Source: a virus. Taken from it: a stretch of DNA of 64,000 nucleotides. The stretch is from positions 5,315 through 69,314 of the IMG/VR virus record IMGVR_UViG_3300030060_004613; one strand, written 5' to 3'. Of this stretch, positions 34,807-45,690 are shown piece after piece. Position 1 is the stretch's first letter, and the number at the start of each line of letters is the position of its first letter. The position numbers and the translations under genes were made by a program. Under the pieces are notes generated by a model that had not been told where the DNA came from, searched no databases, and saw only the letters and a list, made by a program, of their open reading frames with translations.

Positions 34807-37647
34807 CTACAAAGACATGTTTTGTTCTAACAGAGAATCGTCGTCTTCAGGCTCACTATTCTCTAACCTTGCCTGAGCTTCATCAAAAAGCTTGCCTGCG
34901 GCTAACATTTCAGGGTCATCTCCAAACTTTCCAATTGCAGCGAAACTCCAGTTTTCAAAAAATTCATTAAGGTCGTCGTTGGTTTCAATAGTACGCTCGC
35001 CTTCCATGAACTTTGCAAAATTATCCAGATTCTGCATCTTGCGTTCAGTTGCTTGCGCTCCTGCTTCCGGCGCAACATTACCGAACGTAAGATTAGGGGG
35101 TCTACTGTATCTTTCACCGCCAGTAGGAATGGTAATGGTATCGAGTTCTTCTTGTAAAGCTTTGAAGTCTAAGTCGGTATCAGGCAGGAAATCAATCCCT
35201 TGATCCGGTAAAGCCTGACCGGGAGTCGTGCCAGGAGTTCTTGGTGATCCGGCCTCGGCCTCAAATCGAGCAAGCCCCTCAGCAGGAAAGTTTTCTTGAT
35301 TGAGCAACGAAGTTGCATCATCGATAACACTCTGCAAATCTCGCTTTGTTTCTTCGATCCCTTTTCGAGTGTTAGGACCCATAAGTCCATCTTCTGCGAT
35401 TGGATCAGCAGACGACCCAAATTCATTGATAATTTGTTGAATTTGGAGAACACCCGATGCAGACTCCAGCATGCTCGGATCATTCAGTAGATCCAACTGC
35501 TCTTGGAACCTTGCCTTTTGCATTCTTGCAATATCAATAGACTCGTCTATGTTGGCCTCTTGTTGACGCGCCAAGTCTGCGGCTCCTGCGTACCCTCGTA
35601 GTTGCTCATCTATCTGCCGATTAAAACTTTCATCAACCAGTTGCCTTCCTTCTTTTTTCCCCTCGATTGCAGCGGCTCTTTGTTGTTCCTCTTGTGCTTG
35701 AATAGCCTCATCGCTCAGAGCGCCAACAGTTCCCTGTCGGGCACCAAGCCTGTCCTCCGGTCGAATCCGATAAGCTGGATCGTTCTCTACCAAATAGTTG
35801 ATTGCTGATTGACCTTCTGAGGCAAACGAAATCTGTTCATTCTGCTGGAGAAGAAGACCATTAAGGGCGTTTTGATTCTGCTGTAGTTCACGCCTTGCTT
35901 CGTCTGCAAACTCAGTAGCTCCAGAAGACTCATACTCTTGAATGTCTTCCTCGTTGATTCGAATTGATTCTCTGGTTGCGTCGATAGTGTTTTCCAGAAT
36001 GTCGGCCTGGGCCAAAGCACTCACGCGGACAGCTTCCGTAATCGTAAGACGCTCCTCTGGAGACATGGATGACCATGCTCTTTCCAGCCCCCTGGGGTCT
36101 TGAGCATAGGCTTCTAAAGCTTCAAGGCCCACAGTGACAGACTGGAGATTAGTCTGCAAATCTCGCTGTTTAAGCATGCGCTGCTCGACGGTTTGCCTAA
36201 TTCGCAGGAACTCTGGCTCCGCACCCTCCAGTCTTTCAATCTCAGCAGCAAGTTGTGGATCGTCTTGCCCTTGGTCACGAAGCAATCGAAGCCTGTCTCG
36301 TTTTTCATTGAGGTCGCCAACTTTGCTCTGTAGGTACTCTAATTGTCTCTGCAAAGGTGCAAGAGTCGCCGCAACTTGTTGTTCCTGGGCTCGAATCTTA
36401 GCCTGCAAATCTCTTGCCCCCCGCACTCTCTGTGCGAGAGCCTGAGGGTTTAGGATGTTGGCTTCAACAAACTCTGGTGCAATCTGTTGCCGACCAATAG
36501 ACGAAACCATTCGAGTTTCAGCAAGAATCTCATTCCGAGTACCCTCGTCTTCAACCTCCCCAAGAACGTCGAGAATGTTCTGTACAGCAGGGTCGGTGTA
36601 CGAGTATGGAGAAAGCGCCCCAAAGATGTCCCGACGACCGAGACGGTCTTCAATGATTTCACCTCGACGACCAGCGAGACCTTTTCGTTCCTCTTGAATC
36701 TCCTCAAGCCTTTCCATTTGCTTGTCGAGAAACTCTTGAGTCCTTGTAGTCTGATCACTGCCCGGAACATCTATGGTTGTTCCACCTGTAGTCGTTCTGG
36801 TAGTCGAGCCACCTGCTCGCGCTGCTGCGTCTGCGTCTGCTTTGTCCCGCCTCATTTTTTCAGTAAGCGGTTCAGCGATTCGACGCTGGAATTCTCTGTC
36901 GTCGTAGTCACCAATCGCGGCCTGCAAGCTTGCCTCACCGGGTCCTGCTTCGGACATCAAAACCGGAACGGTCCAATCGTTGTCACGAAACTCCTCTGAA
37001 ATTGCTTGTTTAAAAGCAAGATGTGCATCCCTGTTGGGAAACGCATCTTTGAGTGCTTTATAGAACTCAATGAAGTAAGACCCCTCGGGGCCGTCTGGAG
37101 GAGGCATTAGCTCGTCGTTTGTGCCTCCGTGTTTTCGATAAGCCTGTTTTAATATTTCGAGGTGTCGGGGGTTGTTGGTGTCGGGAAAATTAGGGTCCGC
37201 TATGATCTTTTGATTTACATTAGCCAAAAAGTTGGTTCTGGCTGGTCCAAGTCTCCCTTCAACTTGTGCTCTGTGTCTTTTGTTTTTCTCGTGTAACTCA
37301 GTTGCTTTTTTTAGATCGGCGTCAAACCGAGTCTGAATCGCTCGTCGTTCTCTGGTACTATCGCCAGCCCTCCGGGCGCTGAGTGATCCTGTCCCCTCAG
37401 ATTTAGAAATGATGGCCTGCTCACGACTAAGCAAAGAACGCTGTAGGTTCGTGATGTTGGTTTGGATACGAACAGCCTCGTCTTTCAACTGAGCTTGATT
37501 CCGACTCAAAGCCTCCAACTCAACCTGCATCATCTCCTTGTTCTTCTGATCAGTAAGCTTGATCCGGGTGTACAAGTAGTCTGCAAAGAAGTTGGACTTC
37601 GCGGTGTAAATGTTGCCTGTAGCAAACATCGGCTGATTGATTGCCAT
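34807..37647 (-). CDS. coiled-coil internal virion / ejection protein
   Basis: 946 aa, Gln/Glu/Ala heptads; IAEDGLMGPNT resembles a PG-binding motif. Confidence 0.75.
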   Translation of the reverse strand: MAINQPMFATGNIYTAKSNFFADYLYTRIKLTDQKNKEMMQVELEALSRNQAQLKDEAVRIQTNITNLQRSLLSREQAIISKSEGTGSLSARRAGDSTRERRAIQTRFDADLKKATELHEKNKRHRAQVEGRLGPARTNFLANVNQKIIADPNFPDTNNPRHLEILKQAYRKHGGTNDELMPPPDGPEGSYFIEFYKALKDAFPNRDAHLAFKQAISEEFRDNDWTVPVLMSEAGPGEASLQAAIGDYDDREFQRRIAEPLTEKMRRDKADADAAARAGGSTTRTTTGGTTIDVPGSDQTTRTQEFLDKQMERLEEIQEERKGLAGRRGEIIEDRLGRRDIFGALSPYSYTDPAVQNILDVLGEVEDEGTRNEILAETRMVSSIGRQQIAPEFVEANILNPQALAQRVRGARDLQAKIRAQEQQVAATLAPLQRQLEYLQSKVGDLNEKRDRLRLLRDQGQDDPQLAAEIERLEGAEPEFLRIRQTVEQRMLKQRDLQTNLQSVTVGLEALEAYAQDPRGLERAWSSMSPEERLTITEAVRVSALAQADILENTIDATRESIRINEEDIQEYESSGATEFADEARRELQQNQNALNGLLLQQNEQISFASEGQSAINYLVENDPAYRIRPEDRLGARQGTVGALSDEAIQAQEEQQRAAAIEGKKEGRQLVDESFNRQIDEQLRGYAGAADLARQQEANIDESIDIARMQKARFQEQLDLLNDPSMLESASGVLQIQQIINEFGSSADPIAEDGLMGPNTRKGIEETKRDLQSVIDDATSLLNQENFPAEGLARFEAEAGSPRTPGTTPGQALPDQGIDFLPDTDLDFKALQEELDTITIPTGGERYSRPPNLTFGNVAPEAGAQATERKMQNLDNFAKFMEGERTIETNDDLNEFFENWSFAAIGKFGDDPEMLAAGKLFDEAQARLENSEPEDDDSLLEQNMSL

Positions 37648-37655
37648 AAGTTGTC

Positions 37656-38966
37656 CTATGCCTCAGTGTTTTGAGCAGTATCTTGGGTGGCCGATGCCTG
37701 TGCGGTTTCGGCTGCGGCTGCTCTTTGTTTTACATAAGCATACAGTCGAGCCAACTCGTCGGTGCTCTTGGCATTCATGGAGTATGCGTAGAACATGTCT
37801 TGGAACTCTTCAGGCAAGTTCTGAATGTCCTTGCTGTACTCTTTGTAGCCCCGATTCACGTCGAGGGCAGCCGCTACTGGAGCAAACTGGCCCAGCGCCT
37901 GCATCGTTGACTGAGCTACGGCGTTGTTAGCTTGAGACAGGTATGCAATGGCAGATCGGAACTCGCCAAGGCTTTCAGCATCAGCCCGTGCAGCAAGCTC
38001 CCTTGCGTTGGCCTCAAGCTCTGCCTCTTCCTTGGTGAAGGCATCGGCAGCAGCATCACGAATCTGTTCCTGACGGCGAACATCAGTAGCGCCTGAAGCG
38101 GCTGCAATGTCTTCTTGAACTTGACGACTAAGCTGTGCTTGACGATTAATCGCGGCTCTTCCAGCGCCCATGGTTGCCCTATAGGCTTCTTCCCCTGCCT
38201 GACCTTCAACAAATTGATCTTTGGTTCTTTCGGCTTCTTTAATGGCGGGATCTTGTCCAAAACCCAACAATCCAAACCTTTGAATAAGGGGAATAGCTGC
38301 CTGAACAGCCCCTATACCACCAGCGACTGCCAACTGAGTGCTTAGTTGTTTGGTACGAGGATCTCCGACAGTTGCTGCCTCGGCTTGTCGCTCAGGGGTT
38401 GCCGCCAACGACCTGCTCTGTGTTTGACCCACCACAGGAGCAGCAGTGGGCGTGCCTTGTAAAGAAAGGGGGTCACCTAAGGCTGCATCGATTCCGGCCA
38501 CCTCTTGATCGACTCGGCCCTGGGCCGCAGCTTCTTGCAACCTCTGCATCATGTCTTGGTTTACTGCAACGCCACCAATCATCGTGACCCTACCAGGGTC
38601 AACAGGGTCACCAGGCAGACCAGGCGTTGGATCTTGCCCCATGTACCCTGGCCGTACTGGATCTGGTGGCAGGAAGTCAAGATCGTCTTCTCCGGGTCGA
38701 ACATCAAACTCAGAAATTAACTGACCAGTAACTGGGTCGAACCGACGCTCATCTGGTTGAATACCTTGCAACAACTCCTCGAAGTCTTGATCATAAGGAT
38801 CAAAACTCCCGAAAGGAGCTACGTCTATGCTTTGAGGTTGTTGTGGCGGGGGCACCTGCATGCGAGACTGAGCGTATGAGTATGGTGCGCCCATCTGTTG
38901 TTCGGGGTAACCGACGTCTCCTGGCTCCAACTCATACAGTCCTGTTCTATTATTAAAACGAGCCAT
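37656..38966 (-). CDS. putative ejection protein
   Basis: Pro-rich N-terminus; Ala/Gln helical C-terminus with a hydrophobic segment. Confidence 0.7.
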   Translation of the reverse strand: MARFNNRTGLYELEPGDVGYPEQQMGAPYSYAQSRMQVPPPQQPQSIDVAPFGSFDPYDQDFEELLQGIQPDERRFDPVTGQLISEFDVRPGEDDLDFLPPDPVRPGYMGQDPTPGLPGDPVDPGRVTMIGGVAVNQDMMQRLQEAAAQGRVDQEVAGIDAALGDPLSLQGTPTAAPVVGQTQSRSLAATPERQAEAATVGDPRTKQLSTQLAVAGGIGAVQAAIPLIQRFGLLGFGQDPAIKEAERTKDQFVEGQAGEEAYRATMGAGRAAINRQAQLSRQVQEDIAAASGATDVRRQEQIRDAAADAFTKEEAELEANARELAARADAESLGEFRSAIAYLSQANNAVAQSTMQALGQFAPVAAALDVNRGYKEYSKDIQNLPEEFQDMFYAYSMNAKSTDELARLYAYVKQRAAAAETAQASATQDTAQNTEA

Positions 38967-38967
38967 C

Positions 38968-39492
38968 TCAACTCCATCCAAACTTGTTGCGTACCGTTTG
39001 TCGATACGGATCCATGGGTGCTGATCCGCCCATGCGGACTGGCATGCTGCCCATCAAAATGTTTTCGTCCGAAGGCGCTCCCGGAAGATTGCGGACGCTT
39101 ACGTCTGGCCCCTTCTTCGCTAACGACTGTGCTGCTCGCAAAGCATTCTGTTCGTCTTCACGAGCCCTGGCTGCTTGTTTCTGTGCTTGTATTTGTGCCC
39201 GTTGTGAGTCGTCGTCGTAAGTAACGTTGCCTGCTATTGAGCCTACCAAAAATCCTAAACCAGCCCCAATAGCGCTACCAGCAGCGCCACCAAGCGCAGC
39301 GCCTGCCGCTGTACCTGCACCGGGAACAATAGAACCAGCAATAGAACCAAGAATAGTGCCTACTGTGCCACCGATTGAAGAACCTGTTGAGAGGCCGGTC
39401 ATGCCACCCTCAAGACCGGCTTGCGTCCGCCCGCTCTTTACTTGTGCTTTTTCTTTTTCGGTAAGCTTGGTTCCGCCATAGGTATCAGCCAT
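38968..39492 (-). CDS. glycine-zipper ejection / pilot protein
   Basis: GGTVGTILGSIAGS...GAALGGAAGSAIGAGLG. Confidence 0.75.
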   Translation of the reverse strand: MADTYGGTKLTEKEKAQVKSGRTQAGLEGGMTGLSTGSSIGGTVGTILGSIAGSIVPGAGTAAGAALGGAAGSAIGAGLGFLVGSIAGNVTYDDDSQRAQIQAQKQAARAREDEQNALRAAQSLAKKGPDVSVRNLPGAPSDENILMGSMPVRMGGSAPMDPYRQTVRNKFGWS

Positions 39493-40112
39493 TATGGAAC
39501 TCCAGAAGAAAGAATAAACCAATTGGTTCCGTTCGAAATAATATTAACAAACGTCCAGCGGTCAGAGAAGCTCTTAGTGGCTGTGCCATCAATAGTTTCG
39601 TCTCCGTTTGGATCTAATATCATGTTGTTCGCTGCCTGTAGTTTCTTGAAACCCAGAACCATGTTGGTGCAAGTTGCCGCAGCAGGAAGCGTTATCGTCA
39701 CGTCTCCACCAGATGTAGCGACCAGATACCAAGATGCAGTGCCTACAGTAATGCTGCCTGATGATGAAATGCTACTTCCTACATGCAGGCCAAAGCGCTT
39801 AAATGACCAGTCATCGCTGAGATTAGCAGCCGCTGCTGGTACAGAGCCCGACATATAGATAGGATTGTTGCCTCTCACCGCAAGGCCTTCGGCCCTGTCC
39901 CCGGTTGCATTAGCTTTGGTGGCTGTCGTTTCAGCGTCAGTAATTTGAGTTGTTACAGCAGAATCAATAGCGCTGCTTGTCACTGTTCCTGATGGAATGT
40001 CGAGCTTTGAGATTCTTCGCACCCGCAAAGGTTGCGATTCTAAATCATCAATAATCTCCTCAAGGTCTTGTCTTGAGGGCTCCTTTACGGAAAAACGTCC
40101 TTTCCATGCCAT
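39492..40112 (-). CDS. tail-associated protein
   Basis: VTITLPAAA...ETIDG...ISNGTNWFI fibre-type motif. Confidence 0.7.
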   Translation of the reverse strand: MAWKGRFSVKEPSRQDLEEIIDDLESQPLRVRRISKLDIPSGTVTSSAIDSAVTTQITDAETTATKANATGDRAEGLAVRGNNPIYMSGSVPAAAANLSDDWSFKRFGLHVGSSISSSGSITVGTASWYLVATSGGDVTITLPAAATCTNMVLGFKKLQAANNMILDPNGDETIDGTATKSFSDRWTFVNIISNGTNWFILSSGVP

Positions 40113-40906
40113 CAGGTGCTCGTTGTAAAGTGACAGTCAACCACACAAGATCGAGGCCGCACAAAAATGTTTTGAGAGGTTGTTCCGTCTACCGTGCTGC
40201 TTGATGCCTGAGTGGGCAGGCAGCGAATCCCTACGTTGTAAACGCCAGGGTCTACTCTAAAAATATAATGAGTAGACATTTGTTTTCCGGTTGACTTGCT
40301 CCATCCTCCGTATTTGCCAGGAGTAGTAGCACCAGTGCCCTCGATTTCATCGTACTGGTTGTTTAAACCAAAGAATAAACTTCTTTTACTCCCATTTACG
40401 ACTGTCGTTGTGCCCGCAGTTACATTTTCAACGTAGAGTTTAAATCTTGCTACCGGATAGGTTGCGTCATTAATTCTTTCGTGACGACGATTGCCACCAC
40501 TTGTCTCTACATAGCTTGCTTGGGCACTTGTAGATCCTGTTTCCCAGGCGTGCCAGCTTGCCGTGTAAATTATAAGCATCTCTCTATACGCTTTTACGGT
40601 GACGTTAAGACCGTTTACAACCTGATAGCCACCGCCCCTTGACTCTCGATGAAAGATTTCTGCACCGACCTTGTCGGGTGAATGAAGCCTGTAAAAAACA
40701 CTTCCCGTGCAGAACTCTCCTCGGTCGTTCGATCCTCCAATAAAATCGGGCCTGTAGATGTGGTGAGGCTGAACCCACTCCCCGTGAGCCAAATCAGCAG
40801 CCACTGAGCCGCCGTTCACATACTGCTCAAAATTATCAATCCGATCTTTCAGGTCGGATTCTGTAATGACGTTTCCGTCGATGAAAGGTGTATTTGTAAA
40901 CGCCAT
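40112..40906 (-). CDS. tail appendage protein (paralog set)
   Basis: N-terminal FIDGNVI anchor-like motif; beta-rich C-terminus. Confidence 0.65.
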   Translation of the reverse strand: MAFTNTPFIDGNVITESDLKDRIDNFEQYVNGGSVAADLAHGEWVQPHHIYRPDFIGGSNDRGEFCTGSVFYRLHSPDKVGAEIFHRESRGGGYQVVNGLNVTVKAYREMLIIYTASWHAWETGSTSAQASYVETSGGNRRHERINDATYPVARFKLYVENVTAGTTTVVNGSKRSLFFGLNNQYDEIEGTGATTPGKYGGWSKSTGKQMSTHYIFRVDPGVYNVGIRCLPTQASSSTVDGTTSQNIFVRPRSCVVDCHFTTST

Positions 40907-40909
40907 AAA

Positions 40910-41644
40910 TCACTTGTACCTAACAATAGATCCAGTAAGTCTTCTTATTCGAATTGCTCTTTCCGTTGCGGTTTTTCCGTCTGCCGCGCTAACAACTGTG
41001 GTGTCAGGAGCCGGGGTTCCGTTACCATGATCGTCGATTTGATAGTAAAGCTCACAGGTAAACGGGCCCAACGTAGACTCTCCAATGATTGGATAGAAAA
41101 GAGTCACTGATTGAACAGAACGAGCCGAGTCTTCTTTACTACCGGCGCTGTTTCCCTTGCTTCCAAAAATAGCGTTTTGAACGTGCATTTGTGTGCTTAG
41201 AAGAGGGACTCCATTTAAGAAAATAATAAAGGATACATCTTCGTTGACTTCGCTGTGGAGGCTGTTGTCAACTCGGCCTTCAATCACTACCTCCAAACTG
41301 TACCGGACGATAGCGTAGTTATAGGAACCCCTATCGAGAGTAAACGGTACGCCTGCTGAAAACGTCGGTGCGCTTGAGCCACCCACCCAAGATGATCCTG
41401 CTGGCACTTTTTGATATGAGTTTCGTGTGCTCAATCCTAAAGCGGCATAGTTGTCTGAAAGACTACTGTGGAAGTTGACGTCAATTAAAGGAAACGCAAG
41501 ATTGCGTTCATCTATGCCTTCAACTCGAACATTCTCTTGATTTAAAGAAGCTGTTGCTGTGTTGGTGGCGGTCATCAGCGAGTTTGGGTTTGTGATGGAC
41601 GCAGCATCACCAGGCTGGATTGGCGTAAAGGTTACCTTGCTCAT
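40910..41644 (-). CDS. tail appendage protein (paralog set)
   Basis: N-terminal IQPGDAA; beta-rich C-terminus. Confidence 0.65.
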   Translation of the reverse strand: MSKVTFTPIQPGDAASITNPNSLMTATNTATASLNQENVRVEGIDERNLAFPLIDVNFHSSLSDNYAALGLSTRNSYQKVPAGSSWVGGSSAPTFSAGVPFTLDRGSYNYAIVRYSLEVVIEGRVDNSLHSEVNEDVSFIIFLNGVPLLSTQMHVQNAIFGSKGNSAGSKEDSARSVQSVTLFYPIIGESTLGPFTCELYYQIDDHGNGTPAPDTTVVSAADGKTATERAIRIRRLTGSIVRYK

Positions 41645-42321
41645 CGCTTTCTCCTATTGACCAGGATGTTCGCTCGACGAATGTTTATAGCAAGGCCTGT
41701 TACTGCACTATCCCAGGTATGGGTATCCCCGCCGTTTCTGTCCACATAAACCCTAATGAACAGTTCTACTGTATTGGCACCCGCTTCAACGGGTAGAGCA
41801 CCGCACATGTACACAGGCTGTCTTCTATTGAAGGCAGTAAAAGGTCCCGCGTAAGCTATTTCAATGCCATTGAGTGTCATCATTAGTTCATACTGACACC
41901 AATCTAAAATAGTCTTCTGGGTGACGTGAATGTAGCCATCGTTGAATGTAGTACCTGACGGGTTGGAGTTTGGAGCCGTCAAAGTATTCCCGCCGGTATC
42001 AACTTGAACCATTGCCTCACAAATCAACATTTCATCAGACACAGCGGTTAAGGTATTGGCGAATGGAATTTTTTGAAAGCTTTGATTGTTGTCTTCTAAG
42101 GCGTGACCCGAAGTCGAACTATCTGAAAATCTTGCGATAGAAAAATCATTGAAGACCTCCGACTTTACTTCCTCATCAGGGGTAATGGCGTTAGGGGGCA
42201 GGTTGTCACGGTCTAAGTATCCGTTGATCTCCTCTACAAACTCTCTGGAGTTTTCATTCCAATCAGCAGGATCGAGAATGTCTCCAGCTTGAAAGTCTCG
42301 TTTTACATATTTCCAAGCCAT
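41641..42321 (-). CDS. tail appendage protein (paralog set)
   Basis: N-terminal FQAGDILDPADWN; beta-rich C-terminus. Confidence 0.65.
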   Translation of the reverse strand: MAWKYVKRDFQAGDILDPADWNENSREFVEEINGYLDRDNLPPNAITPDEEVKSEVFNDFSIARFSDSSTSGHALEDNNQSFQKIPFANTLTAVSDEMLICEAMVQVDTGGNTLTAPNSNPSGTTFNDGYIHVTQKTILDWCQYELMMTLNGIEIAYAGPFTAFNRRQPVYMCGALPVEAGANTVELFIRVYVDRNGGDTHTWDSAVTGLAINIRRANILVNRRKR

Positions 42322-44423
42322 CAGCCTCTTTGCTCCTCAACAACCGAGCTAACCGGAATAACCTTTTCGTAAGGGGCTCCAGCAACCACACCAATCTGAA
42401 AACTTAGAACCTGCATCCTTCTGCCAGCAGATTCAAAGGTTAATCGCAACTCACGACACGCGGGCTGTCCTGAAGTAGTGATGTCAAACCGAATTGGTAT
42501 AGGTCTGTGCTCATACCATTGGCTGTCCGATGACCAAGTTGCTGTGTCGTAAACAGAATAGACATTCGTCAAGTCTTGTTGATCTACAGACTTGGCAGTC
42601 TGCACGGTTGTAATGTTTCGGTTGACTCGGTAGTTCATTTCAAAATCATTGTCTCCGTAGCCAATGATGTCACAAACTACATACTTAGGATTGAATGCTG
42701 CAAAGGGTCCATTGAAGTCTAAGTCAGTTGTTTCCCATAGAGGCTCAATGCTTTGAGTAGCCGCATTTGTTCCTTTCGAGGAGGCACCCCGGCAGTAAAG
42801 ATGGAGCCCTTTGTTGTTTGAGTCATTCGATCCGAAAATGTAATAACCGCGATGGTCTTGGGTAATAATGGCATCGGCAATAGGGTAGTTCTCTCGGAAA
42901 GACCAAGAACCAATGTTGCCATGGTAAATCAAAACAAAGTTGTTCTTGTCGCTTCCATCAACAGGCACAGACAGCCAATACTCTTTGTCCTCTGGATAGT
43001 ATGTGCCACAAGCCTGTACTGCTGCCGCCCCGTTGATTCGTTTGACAAGGTTTGTAATCGGAGAGGAGTATCGAATAATACGCAAGTTTCCTTGTCCACT
43101 TTCAAGACTGCCTTCAATTGCATAAACGCCATCTTGACCTAAAAAGAAAACTCCTACTCCAGGCACTTCGGCAATAGAGTTTGCGGCGACACAGCCAACA
43201 TCTCTCGAAATGTTTTGAGCAGAGAAAAAACTGCCATCGTTTGTGTCTTCGCTCTTTACTAAGAAAACACCACGCTGTTTGAAGACGAGAAGTGCGTTTT
43301 GTGATGTGTACAAGCCCGTGACTTGACCGCACTCATCTTGTCCGAAACTCAAAATGTTAGCAACGGGATACACCTCTGGCCTAAGAACTGCTGAAAACCT
43401 AACGTCGGTGCTCTGGTCTCCCGCCAAGAACACTCGATTTTTGAATACGGCACCCATGCTCGCTGCGGATGGCCACGTCCCAAAATCATCCTCATCAAGC
43501 AATGGTCCCAGAAATGCGTCTTGTACTCCGTCTTCGAAAGATGTCTGGAGGTTGTTGGATATTTCTGTAAGGAAGTAAAAGCTTGCCCCAATGGCTCGGC
43601 TAAGCATGTCCCCACTTGTGTCTAAACACTGACGAGTCCTGTAGATTCTACGAGCAACAATGCCTTCTCCACCCTTGGGGATACTAACGATTGCAAACTT
43701 TCGTTTGCCGTCTTGATCGTTTTCCCCCACGACTAATGATGAGGCATCAGACGGAGGACCTTCCTGTCCTCTTTCGTTTATAAAAGTCACCTTATACCGA
43801 TAACCGAAGTCTCTAATCGGATCGTCTGCGCCGGGGGAGCCAGTGACGGCTGGTCTTCTACCCAAGCCCATCGTTTTAATTCCTGTCACTCCTTTCCGTA
43901 AAGACTCTCCCATGGGGGCTGCGGGTCTTCCATCGAAACCCGCCTGCTCAACGTATCGACCATTGAAAACCAAGGGCGGATCTTTGCCGTTGAAAAGATA
44001 CAGGCGTCCACCAAACGCAAAAGACATAGTGCGGAGATGAGGGGCTTCTACTCTTGTTCGGGCATCTGAATTTGTGCCGTCAGCCTTAACAAGGGGCCGC
44101 CACTTTACTGTGGTTGATAAAGAACCATCAAAGACGTAAAGCCTCATGTCAGTCCCATCGAACGCTTCAAACACAAGGTGTTGTCTGTTTCCTGAGTGCT
44201 GCGAAAACCAATGCACACTCTCAATCTCACTGAACGAGTTCCAGGCTGGTACGCCCTCAATGTCGTCCGGCACCAATACTTTGTACCCCCCCGAGTTTTC
44301 CCAGGCGTCCTTTTGGTTGTATCGCATGTCGCGAATCCTAAGAGCCTTGGGAGGATTCTGACTGGGGCGATAAGAGTCGTCGATGCCTCGAAGCGGAGCA
44401 AACAAAATCTTTTGAGTTTTCAT
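42321..44423 (-). CDS. tail nozzle / stabilization protein (P22 gp10-like beta-propeller)
   Basis: FKNRVFLAG, VRFSA, LLVFKQRGVF, VGCVAANSI, VFFLGQDGVY. Confidence 0.75.
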   Translation of the reverse strand: MKTQKILFAPLRGIDDSYRPSQNPPKALRIRDMRYNQKDAWENSGGYKVLVPDDIEGVPAWNSFSEIESVHWFSQHSGNRQHLVFEAFDGTDMRLYVFDGSLSTTVKWRPLVKADGTNSDARTRVEAPHLRTMSFAFGGRLYLFNGKDPPLVFNGRYVEQAGFDGRPAAPMGESLRKGVTGIKTMGLGRRPAVTGSPGADDPIRDFGYRYKVTFINERGQEGPPSDASSLVVGENDQDGKRKFAIVSIPKGGEGIVARRIYRTRQCLDTSGDMLSRAIGASFYFLTEISNNLQTSFEDGVQDAFLGPLLDEDDFGTWPSAASMGAVFKNRVFLAGDQSTDVRFSAVLRPEVYPVANILSFGQDECGQVTGLYTSQNALLVFKQRGVFLVKSEDTNDGSFFSAQNISRDVGCVAANSIAEVPGVGVFFLGQDGVYAIEGSLESGQGNLRIIRYSSPITNLVKRINGAAAVQACGTYYPEDKEYWLSVPVDGSDKNNFVLIYHGNIGSWSFRENYPIADAIITQDHRGYYIFGSNDSNNKGLHLYCRGASSKGTNAATQSIEPLWETTDLDFNGPFAAFNPKYVVCDIIGYGDNDFEMNYRVNRNITTVQTAKSVDQQDLTNVYSVYDTATWSSDSQWYEHRPIPIRFDITTSGQPACRELRLTFESAGRRMQVLSFQIGVVAGAPYEKVIPVSSVVEEQRG

Positions 44424-45268
44424 TATTGTGAACCCACTGGAGTAATGAGGCCTCTATCAGAGTAAATCTCCACGAGATCATCTGAAACCGTCGTCAGTTC
44501 TTGTTTGAGGGCACCTCTAACCATTTCATGAGTCACGCTTACAACAGGCCAGTACATGTTCGACTGACCAGGAAACTCACTGTCTCCACGCATAATCTGA
44601 CCTACACGAGACACCCCAACGTTGTATGCGAGCACAGCAAGATCAATACTGTTGAGTGCTTGTCGTTCTCGGTCGAGAAGTTTAGCTGCTGCTTCGATAG
44701 ACAAAACAGGATCAATTCGTTCATCTAAGGAACGACCAGGCATAATTTCTTGCCAGGTGCGAGGCGTAAACTGCATTAAACCAACGTCGTTTGTAGGGCC
44801 TATTGCGTCTGGATTTCCACCAGACTCATATCCAGCGATGCTTGCAATCAAGAGAGGGTCCACATCGTACAAGTCTCCGTATTTGTTGAACTCCTCTGCA
44901 TACTTAGAAAGAGCTATAAGAGCGCCTTGATATGCGTTTAGGCTTCGGTTCTTGACATCAGGATCTCTGACGTCAACAGAAAGTTGTTTTAATGTAGATG
45001 CGCCCTCTCCGTAGGTCACGCTTGGAGGGGCTGGTTCCTCTTCTTCGATTACTTCTTCTTCCACGAAGATCGCACTGGACTCTTCTTCGTCAAAGTCCAT
45101 AGAGATAGATTCTTGAGGTGAAGGAGCTAATGATTGAACAACTGGTTCATCTTCCTCGACAGCAACAGGATCCTCTCGCAGGTACACATCATCTTTATGA
45201 GTGTCCCACCAATCATCGAGAAGTCTTTCATACGAAAGATATTCTTCATTGGGTTTGGGTTCTGACAT
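44423..45268 (-). CDS. virion-associated lytic transglycosylase (SLT domain)
   Basis: ASIAGYESGGNPDAI, VGLMQFTPRT, AYNVG. Confidence 0.9.
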   Translation of the reverse strand: MSEPKPNEEYLSYERLLDDWWDTHKDDVYLREDPVAVEEDEPVVQSLAPSPQESISMDFDEEESSAIFVEEEVIEEEEPAPPSVTYGEGASTLKQLSVDVRDPDVKNRSLNAYQGALIALSKYAEEFNKYGDLYDVDPLLIASIAGYESGGNPDAIGPTNDVGLMQFTPRTWQEIMPGRSLDERIDPVLSIEAAAKLLDRERQALNSIDLAVLAYNVGVSRVGQIMRGDSEFPGQSNMYWPVVSVTHEMVRGALKQELTTVSDDLVEIYSDRGLITPVGSQ

Positions 45269-45269
45269 C

Positions 45270-45683
45270 TCAACCCATCCCTTGCATTAAATCGTTTTGA
45301 TTGTTGAGAAACGAATCAAGATCGTTCTTCATCGTTTCTTCTGCTAACGAATCTTGCTGGTTACGAGCTTCGGTAAGAATCTGATTGTACTCATTAACAA
45401 TGGTCTCGGAGTCCGCCTGTTGGGCCAGCTTTTCAATCCGAGTTCGATACCCTCGAATGCGAGCCTCACTGAGTTGCTCAGAGTTAATACGTTGAGCAAG
45501 CTCTGGTGCTTGGGTAGACTTTTGTCCGGGCTGAACCGGAACGGTTTTACGTCCAGGAAACCGTTGGGCCCCTTTAGAGGTGCTCATAAACGAGTTTCCA
45601 GGGAGAGCACCAGCACTTGCTGTTGAGGTCTGGTATGCCTTTTGACCCGCTTGTCGTGCGTTTTGTACTGGCAAGTTCTTCAT
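45270..45683 (-). CDS. hypothetical protein
   Basis: GAGG RBS; in operon. Confidence 0.65.
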   Translation of the reverse strand: MKNLPVQNARQAGQKAYQTSTASAGALPGNSFMSTSKGAQRFPGRKTVPVQPGQKSTQAPELAQRINSEQLSEARIRGYRTRIEKLAQQADSETIVNEYNQILTEARNQQDSLAEETMKNDLDSFLNNQNDLMQGMG

Positions 45684-45690
45684 TTCAACC

